Assembly: GCA_016181265.1 (NCBI GenBank)
Contig: JACOZP010000009.1
Location: forward strand, 1 to 57,226
DNA: 57,226 nucleotides
Direction: 5' to 3'
Source: Candidatus Woesearchaeota archaeon
Lineage (GTDB): Archaea > Nanobdellota > Nanobdellia > Woesearchaeales > GW2011-AR9
Below, piece after piece: positions 28,741 to 38,818 of the stretch. A program made the position numbers and the translations under genes. Position 1 is the first letter of the stretch. Each line of letters begins with the position of its first letter. A model generated the notes under the pieces. The model was not told the origin of the DNA and searched no databases. It saw only the letters and a program-made list of their open reading frames with translations.

Positions 28741-29253
28741 TTATAACTTACTCTTCTGCGCTTTATCTGAAATAATCGCGCTATTCCCCGAAGGGTCTTC
28801 CAGAATGATTTTAATTTTCTCCCGTCCGACAAGCGCTTTATTTAATTTCTTGATCAGATTCCGTGCTTTATCTTTTGCCCCATCGTCTTCCTCCGAATCA
28901 AGGGACGATTGGATGATTGCTTTCACCCTCTCCAAGACCCCCTCTACGTTGGTGACGTACCCATCTGAAGCCGGGCCGGATTCGATCGTGATCACGTGAG
29001 GAATTTTTAATGTTGCCTCACCGGATTTAACAACTTTGATGTTCAAGTCCTCTTCAGACTCTACCTCTAAAGTAAATTTGCATGGTTCTTTCCGTTCAGC
29101 CGGTTCAACGTCCGATTTCCTCGCACCACAAGCATCACATTCCATCGAGAGAACAAATACTCTTCCAAAGAAAGGAATGTCTAACTCTTCTTCACGGAGA
29201 CTACATTTCTTCTCTCCGCAGAATGGACAATCTTGGTTCTTGATTTCGGCCAT
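28741..29253 (-). CDS. ZPR1 zinc-finger protein
   Basis: CPFC...IPFFG...C..CG, VVKS, GP.S.GYVTNVEG, EDPSGNS; start at ATG 29253. Confidence 0.92.
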   Translation of the reverse strand: MAEIKNQDCPFCGEKKCSLREEELDIPFFGRVFVLSMECDACGARKSDVEPAERKEPCKFTLEVESEEDLNIKVVKSGEATLKIPHVITIESGPASDGYVTNVEGVLERVKAIIQSSLDSEEDDGAKDKARNLIKKLNKALVGREKIKIILEDPSGNSAIISDKAQKSKL

Positions 29254-29352
29254 AGCCTGTTTAAAGAGGAGTGGTTTAAAAACATTTCTGAAAAAAAATT
29301 TGTTTGTCACCAAAACTTTAATAAACAAAAGTAAAAAATCATCTACTCCGTT

Positions 29353-29448
29353 GCACCGGTGGTATAATGGCTAGTATCTCAGCCTTCCATTTTCGGATGA
29401 AGGTTTAGAAGAGAGCTGATGATCCGGGTTCGAATCCCGGCCGGTGCA
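29353..29448 (+). tRNA. tRNA-Gly(TCC) with 24-nt intron at 37/38 (29390-29413)
   Basis: Acceptor GCACCGG/CCGGTGC, anticodon stem TCAGC/GCTGA, loop CT-TCC-A, T-loop TTCGAAT; CTTC/GAAG helix between 3-nt bulges. Confidence 0.93.
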
Positions 29449-29521
29449 CTCATTCTTTAACTAGGTCAAAAATATTTTCAACAGCGTTAAATTTATAAAT
29501 AACAAATTTATACTCCCCAAT

Positions 29522-30355
29522 ATGCCTATTTCAATAGAACCAGAACGACCACGTGTAAACGTCAGTGTCAATGAGGTTCGGCGTCAGGAGTCACGCCAGG
29601 ACAATTCTTTCCGCTTTGCTGAACCGGTTCAAGCACAAAAAGAACAGAAAAGAGAACTGGTCGAAGAGCGGGAAGACAGAACAGAAGCGCGTGAACCACG
29701 CGCACCTCGTGAAATTCACTTTAGTATTCGACCTTGGAAGGTATTCAAATTCTTTCTCGTACTGGTATTATTATCCGGTCTTTTCTTCACCGGAAGATGG
29801 AGTGTCGATCAAAACGCAATCTTTGATTTCTCTTCTCAAGGACCGACAGCAGCAGCCGTAGCTGAAAACGCCGCTGAAAAAGTTGTTCCTACTACGGAAG
29901 AAAAAGTTGCCCCTACCGAAACTAAAGAGGCGGCTCCTGTAGAAACGACTGCCGAAGAGCCTGCTAGCGATGCTCCTGAAGTGATTATCACCAAGTACAC
30001 AAAAGTTGCTCTCGCCATTCCTTCTGTCAAAAAAGATTGGCATGAAGATTGGGGAAAGATTACTCAACTTGCCATTACCATTAAGAATAACGAAGAAGGA
30101 ACGATCAAACCTGCTTACTTTATCATGAATGTAGAAGGATACGATGATTTCGATAAAAAAGTACCTCTTCCTACAACTGCGCAAACAGTCAGCGCAGGTC
30201 AGAAATTAGAGGGTACGGTGAACATCCCCAGCGGTTTTGCCTATAATTCCGTAACTGCAGGAGACCTCGCCAGCGTCCATATCACTACTCGGCTATATGA
30301 CGCCAAAGATGTTTTGATCACTGGGTATGAAACTGACTTTAACCTCCAAGGGTAA
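29522..30355 (+). CDS. Single-pass membrane protein with Ala/Glu/Thr/Pro-rich linker and beta-rich external domain
   Basis: Charged N-terminus, TM segment FFLVLVLLSGLFFTG, low-complexity linker; TATA (TTTATAAA) about 30 bp upstream. Confidence 0.7.
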   Translation: MPISIEPERPRVNVSVNEVRRQESRQDNSFRFAEPVQAQKEQKRELVEEREDRTEAREPRAPREIHFSIRPWKVFKFFLVLVLLSGLFFTGRWSVDQNAIFDFSSQGPTAAAVAENAAEKVVPTTEEKVAPTETKEAAPVETTAEEPASDAPEVIITKYTKVALAIPSVKKDWHEDWGKITQLAITIKNNEEGTIKPAYFIMNVEGYDDFDKKVPLPTTAQTVSAGQKLEGTVNIPSGFAYNSVTAGDLASVHITTRLYDAKDVLITGYETDFNLQG

Positions 30356-30392
30356 GAAAGTCTTATATATTTTATTTCATTATTCACTTCTG

Positions 30393-30483
30393 CCGGGTAA
30401 GAGTGATAACAGAGGAGTTTGGCTTAGAAAATCCAGCTGGTTTGCTTCTGCTGTAAAACTTCCTGTTCACAAGACTTACCTGG
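30393..30483 (+). ncRNA. Candidate structured small RNA (long imperfect hairpin)
   Basis: CCGGGTAAG/CTTACCTGG, GTGA/TCAC, AACAG/CTGTT, AGGAGTTT/AAACTTCCT; purine-rich BRE plus TTATATAT about 25 nt upstream. Confidence 0.45.
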
Positions 30484-30552
30484 ATACATTTTCCACTATC
30501 TAATACCAACACAACGTTTATAAACTAAAAACATAACCTTCTCCCCTGAACG

Positions 30553-33500
30553 ATGACGAGAATTAATCGTATTACTATCCAGGGATTCAAGAGTTTCGCA
30601 CACAAGACAGAGATACCTCTGGAAGGCAAATATAACTGTATCCTTGGGCCCAACGGATCGGGGAAGAGCAATATTGGCGATGCCCTCTGTTTTGTTTTAG
30701 GAAGACTTTCCGCTAAATCCATGCGTGCTGAAAAAGCCTCTAATCTCATCTTTAATGGCGGGAAGAACAAAAAACCTGCTGGTGCCGGAACAGTCCAAAT
30801 CGCTTTTTCTAATACCGAGAAAACATTCCCTTTAGTAGACAAAGAAATTGTTGTTGAACGAACAATAACTAAGAAAGGGAGCAGCGTCTATCGGGTTAAT
30901 GGCAAGACTAAAACGAGAACGGAAATCTTAGACCTACTCTCGCTAGCTCGTATCAATCCTGATGGCTATAATATTGTCTTACAAGGCGACATCACTCGCT
31001 TTGTCACCATGCCAACCTTAGAACGGCGTAAGACCATCGAAGAAATCAGTGACGTTTCTATTTACGAAGACAAGAAGCACAAAGCCATCCTTGAATTGAA
31101 CAAAGTAGAGGAAAAGTTAAACAGTGCCGAGATTATTCTTAAAGAACGAGGAACCTATTTGAAAGAACTAAAGAAAGATCGCGACCAAGCTCTCAAATTC
31201 AAAGAGTTGAAAGATAAAATTGATTCTCATCGCGCCACGTTCATTCATCATCATATCCAAGAAAAAGAAGTGGAGAAAGAAAAATTAGATAATGAGATCA
31301 ACAAGCATCAGGAAACGATCACAAAAGCCGAAGAGCGTATCGCTGAACTGAAACGGAAGATCGAAGAAAGCCGCCAGCACACGGCTGCAATCAATAAAGA
31401 GATCGAGCAGAAAGGAGAAAAAGAGCAAGTGCGTGTGCATAAAGAAGTTGAAGACCTGAAAATAATGATCGCTAAAGATCGCACCAGAATGTCTACGTTA
31501 AAAGACGAACTCAATAAAATCGCACAGCGGAAAGATCAATTTCAACAGGAGATGAAAGATCTCCGTGATAAGAACAGCTCATTCCAGCAGAAACAGAAAG
31601 AGACACAAGCACAGATTCAGAAAAAGACTAAAGAGTTGCAGGAAACCGAACAGAAGATCAGCGAATTCAAGAAAAAAAATAATATTGAATCCTCTCAGGA
31701 ATTAGAACAAAATATTGAGGAAAAGGATAAGCTGATTGAAAAAAGGCAAGAAGAGATCCAGCAGATCCGTCAGAAGCAACAAGAATTATTACGTGAAAAA
31801 GACCGTCTCGAATACCAAGTCCAGACCATTGATGAACGTATCAAGAAAGTCAAAGAAGTTGAAGATCAGAACAAAGAACAAGTCAAGAAATTACAAAATC
31901 TCAAGACCGATTTCAAGTCCGCCACATTAAAGCTAAACCAATGCCTCGATCAAGACAGCGGCTTCGCTTCACAGTTAGCCAATGCTCGTAAGAAGATTGG
32001 CGATCTCCAAGAACAACATGCTAAACTCAATGCGAAAACATTGTCGATGCAGGCCGGCTTAGCGACCAATAAGGCGTTGCAAAGCATCATCACCAATAAA
32101 AAGAAATTTGGCGGAGTACATGGTACCGTCGCAGAATTAGGACAAGTTTCTAAGAAATATGCCGAAGCTCTGGAAGCAGCTGCCGGCGGGCGGATGCAGC
32201 ACCTCGTCGTCGATAGCGATAAGACTGCTGCGGAGTGCATCAATTATCTCAAGTCAAACAAACTTGGCTCGGCATCATTCATCCCTCTTAATAAGGTCCG
32301 TTCTGCAGAAATCACTCCTGAAGACAAAAAACTTCTCAAAGAAAAAGGAGTCCACGATTTTGCGCTCAGCCTCGTCTCGTTCAAGCCACAATTCCAGAAA
32401 GCGTTCTCCTATATCTTCGGAAATACGCTCGTCGTCGATGATATCGAGACCGCCCGCAGCGTCGGCATCGGTCGGATAAAGATTGCGACGTTAGATGGAA
32501 ACATCGCTGAAGCCAGTGGCGTAATGCATGGTGGATTTAATACTCGTAAAAGTTCTCTTGCTTTCCAAGAAAAAGATTCTCTCGCCGATCTAGAAAAATT
32601 AGAAGAAGAATTATCTCTAACGGAAGGGGTCATCGCCAATATCGGCGTCAAACGTGAAGCCAATGAGAAAGAAATCACTTTCCTCCGTACAAAAAGGGCA
32701 GAGATGGAAGCTGAGATCATCACGTTAGAAAAGACGCTTCATCTCAAAACTGACGACTTAGATGCTTCTGCTGGATTGAAAAAAGAGATGCAGGAAAAAT
32801 TAATCACCGTCAATGCCGACTTAGCGTCGATCCAAAAAGACATTGCTTGGGTTAACAAGGATCTTGCTACTTTCAAGATGGAAAAACAAGCTTTCCGTGA
32901 TCAGATCAGCGAATTGCGTAATCCTCGTCTTCTCGCCCAATTGAGCGCTTTTGAGGAAGTCCGTCAACAGTGTCGTGAAGCGGTCCTTCGTTTAGAAAGT
33001 GATTTGAAAAATAGTGGCATGCACATGGACCAGCTGCTTGGTTCGGAACAGGCGAAGATTAAAGAGATTGTTAAACAGCACGAGAAAGAAGAGGCGGCAT
33101 TTACAGAAGAGATTAAGACTCTTGGTGAGCGGGTAGATGTTGTCGAACAAGAACTGAAAATCAAAGAACAAGCCAGCAAAGAATTCTACGCAAAATATCA
33201 TCAGTTATTTGCCGAAAGAGAAAAGATCAACAGTGAGATCAGCAAGCAGGAGCATGACATCGAATCTGTTCGTGAAAAGAGCCGTGCTAGCGAACGTGAA
33301 GTAAATCTCGTTTCATTGAAGAATGCGGAAATCAAAGCAAAGTTAGCAGGATTGCAGGAAGAATTCTCTCGTTATAAAGATGCCGAGATCCTCAAAAATA
33401 TTCCCGTCCAAGACATCCAAAAAGAGATCAATAAATTCGAAGTGATGTTGGCACAGATGTCTGCGGTCAACATGAAAGCGCTGGAAGTCTACGAACTTGT

Positions 33501-34044
33501 AGAAAAAGAATTCAATGAATTAATCAAGAAGAAAGAAGAACTTACCACTGAAAAGACAGACGTCTTGACGATGATGAATGAGATCGAGACGAAAAAGAAA
33601 GATCATTTCATGAAGACGTTCCACCGCGTCAACGAGAACTTCCAGCGCGTCTTCGAAAGCCTTTTCACTAAAGGGAAAGCCTATCTTCAATTAGATAACA
33701 TAGACAGCCCTTTCGACGACGGGATGAGTATCCAGGTTAAAGTCAGCGGCAACCGCTTCATGGATCTAAAATCATTATCCGGTGGAGAGAAAACACTTAC
33801 GGCATTAGCGTTTATCTTCGCTATCCAAGAATTCCAGCCCGCAACATTTTATATCCTTGACGAGATCGATGCTGCATTAGACAAGCACAACTCTGAAAAG
33901 CTGGCAAAATTGATCAAGACCTATTCTGATCGCGCGCAATATATCGTCATCTCTCACAATGACTCCCTGATCGCTGAAGCCGACACGCTCTTTGGCGTCA
34001 GTATGGTTGATGGCGTGAGTAAAATTACCAGCATCACGATTTAG
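30553..34044 (+). CDS. smc: Chromosome segregation protein SMC
   Basis: GFKSF, GPNGSGKSN, hinge GVHGTVAEL..FIPLN, signature LSGGEK, Walker B LDEIDAALD. Confidence 0.97.
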   Translation: MTRINRITIQGFKSFAHKTEIPLEGKYNCILGPNGSGKSNIGDALCFVLGRLSAKSMRAEKASNLIFNGGKNKKPAGAGTVQIAFSNTEKTFPLVDKEIVVERTITKKGSSVYRVNGKTKTRTEILDLLSLARINPDGYNIVLQGDITRFVTMPTLERRKTIEEISDVSIYEDKKHKAILELNKVEEKLNSAEIILKERGTYLKELKKDRDQALKFKELKDKIDSHRATFIHHHIQEKEVEKEKLDNEINKHQETITKAEERIAELKRKIEESRQHTAAINKEIEQKGEKEQVRVHKEVEDLKIMIAKDRTRMSTLKDELNKIAQRKDQFQQEMKDLRDKNSSFQQKQKETQAQIQKKTKELQETEQKISEFKKKNNIESSQELEQNIEEKDKLIEKRQEEIQQIRQKQQELLREKDRLEYQVQTIDERIKKVKEVEDQNKEQVKKLQNLKTDFKSATLKLNQCLDQDSGFASQLANARKKIGDLQEQHAKLNAKTLSMQAGLATNKALQSIITNKKKFGGVHGTVAELGQVSKKYAEALEAAAGGRMQHLVVDSDKTAAECINYLKSNKLGSASFIPLNKVRSAEITPEDKKLLKEKGVHDFALSLVSFKPQFQKAFSYIFGNTLVVDDIETARSVGIGRIKIATLDGNIAEASGVMHGGFNTRKSSLAFQEKDSLADLEKLEEELSLTEGVIANIGVKREANEKEITFLRTKRAEMEAEIITLEKTLHLKTDDLDASAGLKKEMQEKLITVNADLASIQKDIAWVNKDLATFKMEKQAFRDQISELRNPRLLAQLSAFEEVRQQCREAVLRLESDLKNSGMHMDQLLGSEQAKIKEIVKQHEKEEAAFTEEIKTLGERVDVVEQELKIKEQASKEFYAKYHQLFAEREKINSEISKQEHDIESVREKSRASEREVNLVSLKNAEIKAKLAGLQEEFSRYKDAEILKNIPVQDIQKEINKFEVMLAQMSAVNMKALEVYELVEKEFNELIKKKEELTTEKTDVLTMMNEIETKKKDHFMKTFHRVNENFQRVFESLFTKGKAYLQLDNIDSPFDDGMSIQVKVSGNRFMDLKSLSGGEKTLTALAFIFAIQEFQPATFYILDEIDAALDKHNSEKLAKLIKTYSDRAQYIVISHNDSLIAEADTLFGVSMVDGVSKITSITI

Positions 34045-34086
34045 GATTGATCATCCGCTTACAGAGAAAAAAGAGGTAGAAAATCA

Positions 34087-34473
34087 ATGGCACAGAAAAA
34101 GGTACGTTCTAAAAAAAACACTTCCCGAAAAGCCGTTCCGAACAGGTTACGGTATGATACTTCCCGCCTCGGTTCTTCCACGTTGACCTCTGAACCATTA
34201 CGGCCGATCCAGATCCATTCTCTTCCCGCGAAACAAACGCTTAATGTTTTGGGGCTAGGGTACGCATTAGGTGCAGTCCGCTTTGCTCTCGTTTTAGTCA
34301 TCTCTGTCCTTGGTCTATTTGGTTATGCATCAGAAGCGGTATCTCTCCTCGAATCAGTGCATTTCACTTTCTCCCTCACGCCGCTAGGGATCATTGCCGG
34401 TTTATTAGAAACGACATTATGGGGATTCCTCATGGGATTACTCTTTGGCTGGGTCTATAATCGTTTCATCTAG
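34087..34473 (+). CDS. Small membrane protein
   Basis: Basic N-terminus, two to three hydrophobic segments, ends GWVYNRF. Confidence 0.7.
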   Translation: MAQKKVRSKKNTSRKAVPNRLRYDTSRLGSSTLTSEPLRPIQIHSLPAKQTLNVLGLGYALGAVRFALVLVISVLGLFGYASEAVSLLESVHFTFSLTPLGIIAGLLETTLWGFLMGLLFGWVYNRFI

Positions 34474-34479
34474 AACTTT

Positions 34480-35016
34480 CTATTCTCTTTTCTGTTCTGT
34501 ATTCTTCTTTCCTTGATAGGAGCCTGAAGAAAGTTTCTCTCCCTGTGGAAGATGGATCTCTACGTACGTTAATGGAACTAACCGATCATCTTCTCCCCAC
34601 GCTCGGACAAAACAAGCATCAAGAGTATATCGTAGGATGTTTGCATACCTTTCTTGTCCTTCTGCAAGATCATCAAAGATCACGACCGCCGAACCATGAT
34701 AATGATCAAGTCCCAGAAAAGGGTGAGTTCCTTCTAATATCGGTAAGGGCACCCAAGGGTACACTCTTTCCCCATTTCCCGAACCAAAAAAACGTAGTTC
34801 GTGGATGTTCTTTTTCGCATCATGGTAATAGACACGCACAAATGATTGATCGACGTAAATCTCTTCGAAAGCTAATCGTTCGATTGAGCTACGATATGGC
34901 ACTGCAAAACTGTGTTCTAAGCAGCTAGAATTGGGAGATTCTGAACAGGCAGAAACGGCGGCAATGGTAAGTGCGCTAACGACGCCACAGAGAGTTTTTC
35001 TCGCAGAAAAAGACAT
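34480..35016 (-). CDS. Hypothetical secreted/lipoprotein-like protein
   Basis: Signal-like N-terminus with lipobox-like VSAC; TATA upstream. Confidence 0.55.
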   Translation of the reverse strand: MSFSARKTLCGVVSALTIAAVSACSESPNSSCLEHSFAVPYRSSIERLAFEEIYVDQSFVRVYYHDAKKNIHELRFFGSGNGERVYPWVPLPILEGTHPFLGLDHYHGSAVVIFDDLAEGQERYANILRYTLDACFVRAWGEDDRLVPLTYVEIHLPQGEKLSSGSYQGKKNTEQKRE

Positions 35017-35072
35017 CTATTTTCTACTGCAAAAATAGCTTATAAAACTTCTTTGCAATAAGATTATTATAG

Positions 35073-35588
35073 ATGTCTCCATTCAAACGGATAATGGTTA
35101 TTTCATTTTCCGTTAATCTGCTAGAAGTGTTGATGATCATCAAATGCAATGGAGAACGGAAATCACTCTTTTTAGACAAAGAGGCACAACGAAGGATAGA
35201 CCTGTATGGAAACGCAAAGTGGGCAATCGTCGATCTATTGAATGAAACGTATTCTTCTCATTTTGCTGCTCCGATCGACCTCTACCATTGGTTGTATTTT
35301 CAAGAACACGATGAAGTTGCCTATTTCCTTAACGAAGCTGGTTCAAATGTCTTGAACTATGGCGAGAATAAACTACCCTTGGCATTTCATCTTTGGCTCG
35401 GCGAGAAGGGTTTTATCATTGGTATCGAACAAGAAGGGAAAGGCTTTAATGCCCTTCAAATTGACGAATTACGTCTCAAAGAAAATGAAGGTGCCGGGTT
35501 TGAATTCTTTCGGAATTGTCACGCCACTATTTTTTTCGACAACCCGCGGAACGCAAATGTTATCTATTTTATGCAGACGTGGCAGTAG
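35073..35588 (+). CDS. Stand-alone GHKL/HATPase-like protein
   Basis: N-box-like NEAGSNVLNYG, G1-like QEGKGF, G2-like EGAGF. Confidence 0.5.
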   Translation: MSPFKRIMVISFSVNLLEVLMIIKCNGERKSLFLDKEAQRRIDLYGNAKWAIVDLLNETYSSHFAAPIDLYHWLYFQEHDEVAYFLNEAGSNVLNYGENKLPLAFHLWLGEKGFIIGIEQEGKGFNALQIDELRLKENEGAGFEFFRNCHATIFFDNPRNANVIYFMQTWQ

Positions 35589-37371
35589 GATAACGTTCTC
35601 CCATCAATAATTCAAAATACTCTTTCATCTCTCCGCCATATTGGATCGTATTCGTCCGTGCGTGGCAAGAGGTACATACTGTTACTAAGTTATCTGGTCG
35701 AGTATCTTTGTGATTGTAATTGATGTGGTGGACATGAAAATTGTGCCCTGACTGGCCTCTTTGTTCAGCGGGAGATTTATGACACCATTGGCAGGCATGT
35801 CCGTCTCGCTCTAAGATCTCCGGCTTAAGCTGTTGGAAGAGACGTTCATTGGAAGGTGTTCCATTTATTCTTGTCTGCGTTGCCTTATATGCGGCGATCA
35901 ATTGCCAAGAATATCTTGGTTTTCCTTCATCATCTTCAAATAACCCGACAATCTCCGTAGCTTTATATCCATCTTCAAGAAGTCCGGCGATTACTTCGAG
36001 GTCGTTGGAGGGAAAATGAGAGCCTTTTCCTTTTGGAGAAGTTTTGGCGTGATTCCGTTGTCTAGTGTGTGCTGCTTTATACCCTGCTAGTTCCATTTTT
36101 GTGAGACTGTAATTTTGCATGATCTCTGCGTCGGGAGTATTAGATGAGAGAGCAACATAGATAGACTCACGAAGACCACCCTTACTGTTCCTTCTCGTTG
36201 TCTCGCTGTTATGTCCCCTGAAACTAGCTCTTTCCGGTTCTAAAATGATGCGATCTAAAGGTTGAAGAGCACTTCGATGAAACCCATCCATGTTTTCGGT
36301 ATGCCATCGGTCGTATTGCTGAATCAGCTGGAGCGTTTTTCTTCGATCTCGAATATCAAAAACAAATTTCCCTTTGAGAAGCTTGTACTTTACGATGTTA
36401 TCTAACCTCTGTCCCTTAGTAAATGGAAGCATTATTCCTCCAAAAAGATAAAAATCACTGACCATTGGGGTTCTGGAATCACTGACATAAGCATATGCCT
36501 CATGGGCCTCTACTTTCTGTTGTCTCGTTTCTAAGAAAGAGAAAATATTGAGCAATGTTTTCCCAAAATCATCAGGAGCAGATTCACTAAAAACACGCCC
36601 GAGATAACCCGTAACTAACTTTGCCCGTCCATCATTGGCATCAGCAAGAACTCTCACCATTACTTCTTGAACGTCCGGAGTTAGTGATCTCATCCATGTC
36701 CGATAGATTGGGCTATTCCAAAAGCCGGTACCATTGAACATTTTTTGAATAGGAAGAACTTGAATAACCCTGTCTCGTGTTTCTGTTATATCAAAATCCC
36801 CCGAACTTTGCTCACCAATAGTCAGATAGAGCTGTCCCATTTCCTGTGCAGTCATACTTGGTAAATCTTTTTCAAAAGGGAAGTATTTGGATGTGTGTTC
36901 TAAACTATCTCGGACGTCCTGATTCTCTCGTCCTTTTTGGTAGTTAGTGATCAGGACGCCATGAGGAGCAAGCCACTTGTTGTGGGCGATTCGATCTAAT
37001 GTTTTACACTTCTCATCATTAAAATACCCGCAGTAATCCAGACTTATCACGTCAAACGGCTGCGTCGCCGGATGAGAAAGGTAATCTAAAGCAGAAGCTG
37101 GAACTATTTTAATTCGCTGTTCTAATGTTTCATTTACTGCACACATCGCGTCGTATTCTCGTGGGTCACATTCCAAGCTAACAACATTTTTTCGCTTGAC
37201 GCCCAGCCGATCATACACATCAAACACTTCCGTCATCTCTCGACCCGCGAAACAAAGGACACGAAAATTTCTGATCTGATGAGGAGTATAATGCTTTCTC
37301 ACAAAATCAACGATTCTCTCCCGCCATAATGATTTGGCAGGGTCTGTGGAAAACGATTTTACACTGCCCAT
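35569..37371 (-). CDS. Methyltransferase-like (Rossmann) N-terminus + two helical repeats + C-terminal HNH endonuclease
   Basis: VLCFAG, VVSLECD, FDVISLDYCG, LAPHGVLITNY; repeats LAGYKAAHTR / IAAYKATQTR; ERDGHACQWC..HVHHIN....NLVTVCTSCH. Confidence 0.7.
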   Translation of the reverse strand: MGSVKSFSTDPAKSLWRERIVDFVRKHYTPHQIRNFRVLCFAGREMTEVFDVYDRLGVKRKNVVSLECDPREYDAMCAVNETLEQRIKIVPASALDYLSHPATQPFDVISLDYCGYFNDEKCKTLDRIAHNKWLAPHGVLITNYQKGRENQDVRDSLEHTSKYFPFEKDLPSMTAQEMGQLYLTIGEQSSGDFDITETRDRVIQVLPIQKMFNGTGFWNSPIYRTWMRSLTPDVQEVMVRVLADANDGRAKLVTGYLGRVFSESAPDDFGKTLLNIFSFLETRQQKVEAHEAYAYVSDSRTPMVSDFYLFGGIMLPFTKGQRLDNIVKYKLLKGKFVFDIRDRRKTLQLIQQYDRWHTENMDGFHRSALQPLDRIILEPERASFRGHNSETTRRNSKGGLRESIYVALSSNTPDAEIMQNYSLTKMELAGYKAAHTRQRNHAKTSPKGKGSHFPSNDLEVIAGLLEDGYKATEIVGLFEDDEGKPRYSWQLIAAYKATQTRINGTPSNERLFQQLKPEILERDGHACQWCHKSPAEQRGQSGHNFHVHHINYNHKDTRPDNLVTVCTSCHARTNTIQYGGEMKEYFELLMGERYPTATSA

Positions 37372-37372
37372 T

Positions 37373-38749
37373 CTACACCCTGAATTTCAATAAGTCATCG
37401 TGAGGGTCGTGTTTCTCGCGGACAAAACGGCCAATATCCGTCGTACAGTTTGCATCATAACCATGTTCCATTACGCGCGCCCACAGCAATCTTTCCATCT
37501 CCGTATGATTCAGCGTTCTCTTCGCTGTCCGTTTTGATCCTTCTTTTTTATGTTCGATCATGATCGTCTGTCCACGCAGGCGATCGACATAATCCATCAT
37601 GTCCTTCGTTGGCAGGACGAAGGGCAGCAAAGCGATCGTCTCCTTTGGATCGTGTTGATACATCCGGCGCAAACTATGGACTGCCGCAATCTCATGCGGG
37701 CAGAAGAAATCTTCATCGTTGCCCAGATGAGCTGCTTTTCGTCGGCGATCGCTGCGGAACGTTTTATCTTCACAATAACAGACGCCTCGGACTTCCCATG
37801 TTTGACTATATGCAATCTCACTGCCACGTGGAAGGAGCGGGATTCCCGTCAATTGGAGAGTGTACGGTCCTTTGCCCGGCCTTGATCGAGAAGGGACGCG
37901 CATAACTCGTCCGCTATGTCGGGCAAAAGGAATAGAAACAGGTTCGATCAGATCATTAAATGAAACATCCAAGCTATTCACAAGCCATTGCAGTTTTTTA
38001 CCATCTCTCTCGCGTTGAAGATATCTCTTGTATTTCTCTAATTTTGCTTCAATGATTTTCTTTTCTTCTACAGTAAGATCGTCTTTATAGCGGCTACTCG
38101 CACTCTTTCCCTGTCTTAGTTCTTTTTCCATCACGGGAATTAACAGTTTGTAGGCGGCAAAATCTTGGAATGCGCGCAACTCTGCTCCTTGGATTGCGCG
38201 ATATAATGAGACAACACGGCGGTGGCTATCCTTTCCGAACCACGAATAACTCGTACATGTTTCTTCTCCTAATTCTTCCTTATGCTCATGCAGATAATCA
38301 AACGCAGCTTTGAGGACTTTTTCTGGTGCCCATTGCGCTTCTCGCTTTTTTCTCTGAGAAAGCCTCCCACTTTTTGCATCTTCTCCCAACAGTGCTCGTT
38401 TGACGTGGGCCGCATCTAGATTAACCAACGTCCCTACGTCATAGACTACGCGCTGGCGAGCTTCGTCTGCAGGAATTCGATATTCTTCTGGTAAGACGAG
38501 AAGGGCATCCGCGGGAAGCGCATCAATTTTTCGCACGAGACCAAGAGTATCGAGGGTATATTCTCCTCCCCCCAATAAAGACCCTAAATCTCCTTCCGCC
38601 GTCCCGACAACGACTCTTCCCTGCAACGCCAGATCACGTACGTCCTCTACGGTGATAGGATTTTTATCCGGAAAGTGCTGCCGCATAACATCCGTCGCCG
38701 TAGCATCAGCAAAGTAGTCCTCTCTTTTACTTCTCAAATCAAGGTACAT
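37373..38749 (-). CDS. Hypothetical protein with SWIM-type zinc finger
   Basis: VPSRS..G..Y and CYCED...(~19 aa)...FCPHEIAA (CxC-xn-CxH); stop 1 bp from the start of the downstream gene. Confidence 0.65.
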   Translation of the reverse strand: MYLDLRSKREDYFADATATDVMRQHFPDKNPITVEDVRDLALQGRVVVGTAEGDLGSLLGGGEYTLDTLGLVRKIDALPADALLVLPEEYRIPADEARQRVVYDVGTLVNLDAAHVKRALLGEDAKSGRLSQRKKREAQWAPEKVLKAAFDYLHEHKEELGEETCTSYSWFGKDSHRRVVSLYRAIQGAELRAFQDFAAYKLLIPVMEKELRQGKSASSRYKDDLTVEEKKIIEAKLEKYKRYLQRERDGKKLQWLVNSLDVSFNDLIEPVSIPFARHSGRVMRVPSRSRPGKGPYTLQLTGIPLLPRGSEIAYSQTWEVRGVCYCEDKTFRSDRRRKAAHLGNDEDFFCPHEIAAVHSLRRMYQHDPKETIALLPFVLPTKDMMDYVDRLRGQTIMIEHKKEGSKRTAKRTLNHTEMERLLWARVMEHGYDANCTTDIGRFVREKHDPHDDLLKFRV

Positions 38750-38818
38750 AAAGCTCTTTTATAGCGAATAATTTATAAACTTTGCGTTATTTTTATCACT
38801 AAACAGTGATGTTAAAAA

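Noticed and set aside
30474-30483. ACTTACCTGG equals the U1 snRNA 5' end (its reverse complement is the 5' splice-site consensus)
   Set aside because: A given 10-mer is expected roughly 0.1 times on both strands of 57 kb, and many motifs could have caught the eye; no other U1 features are present
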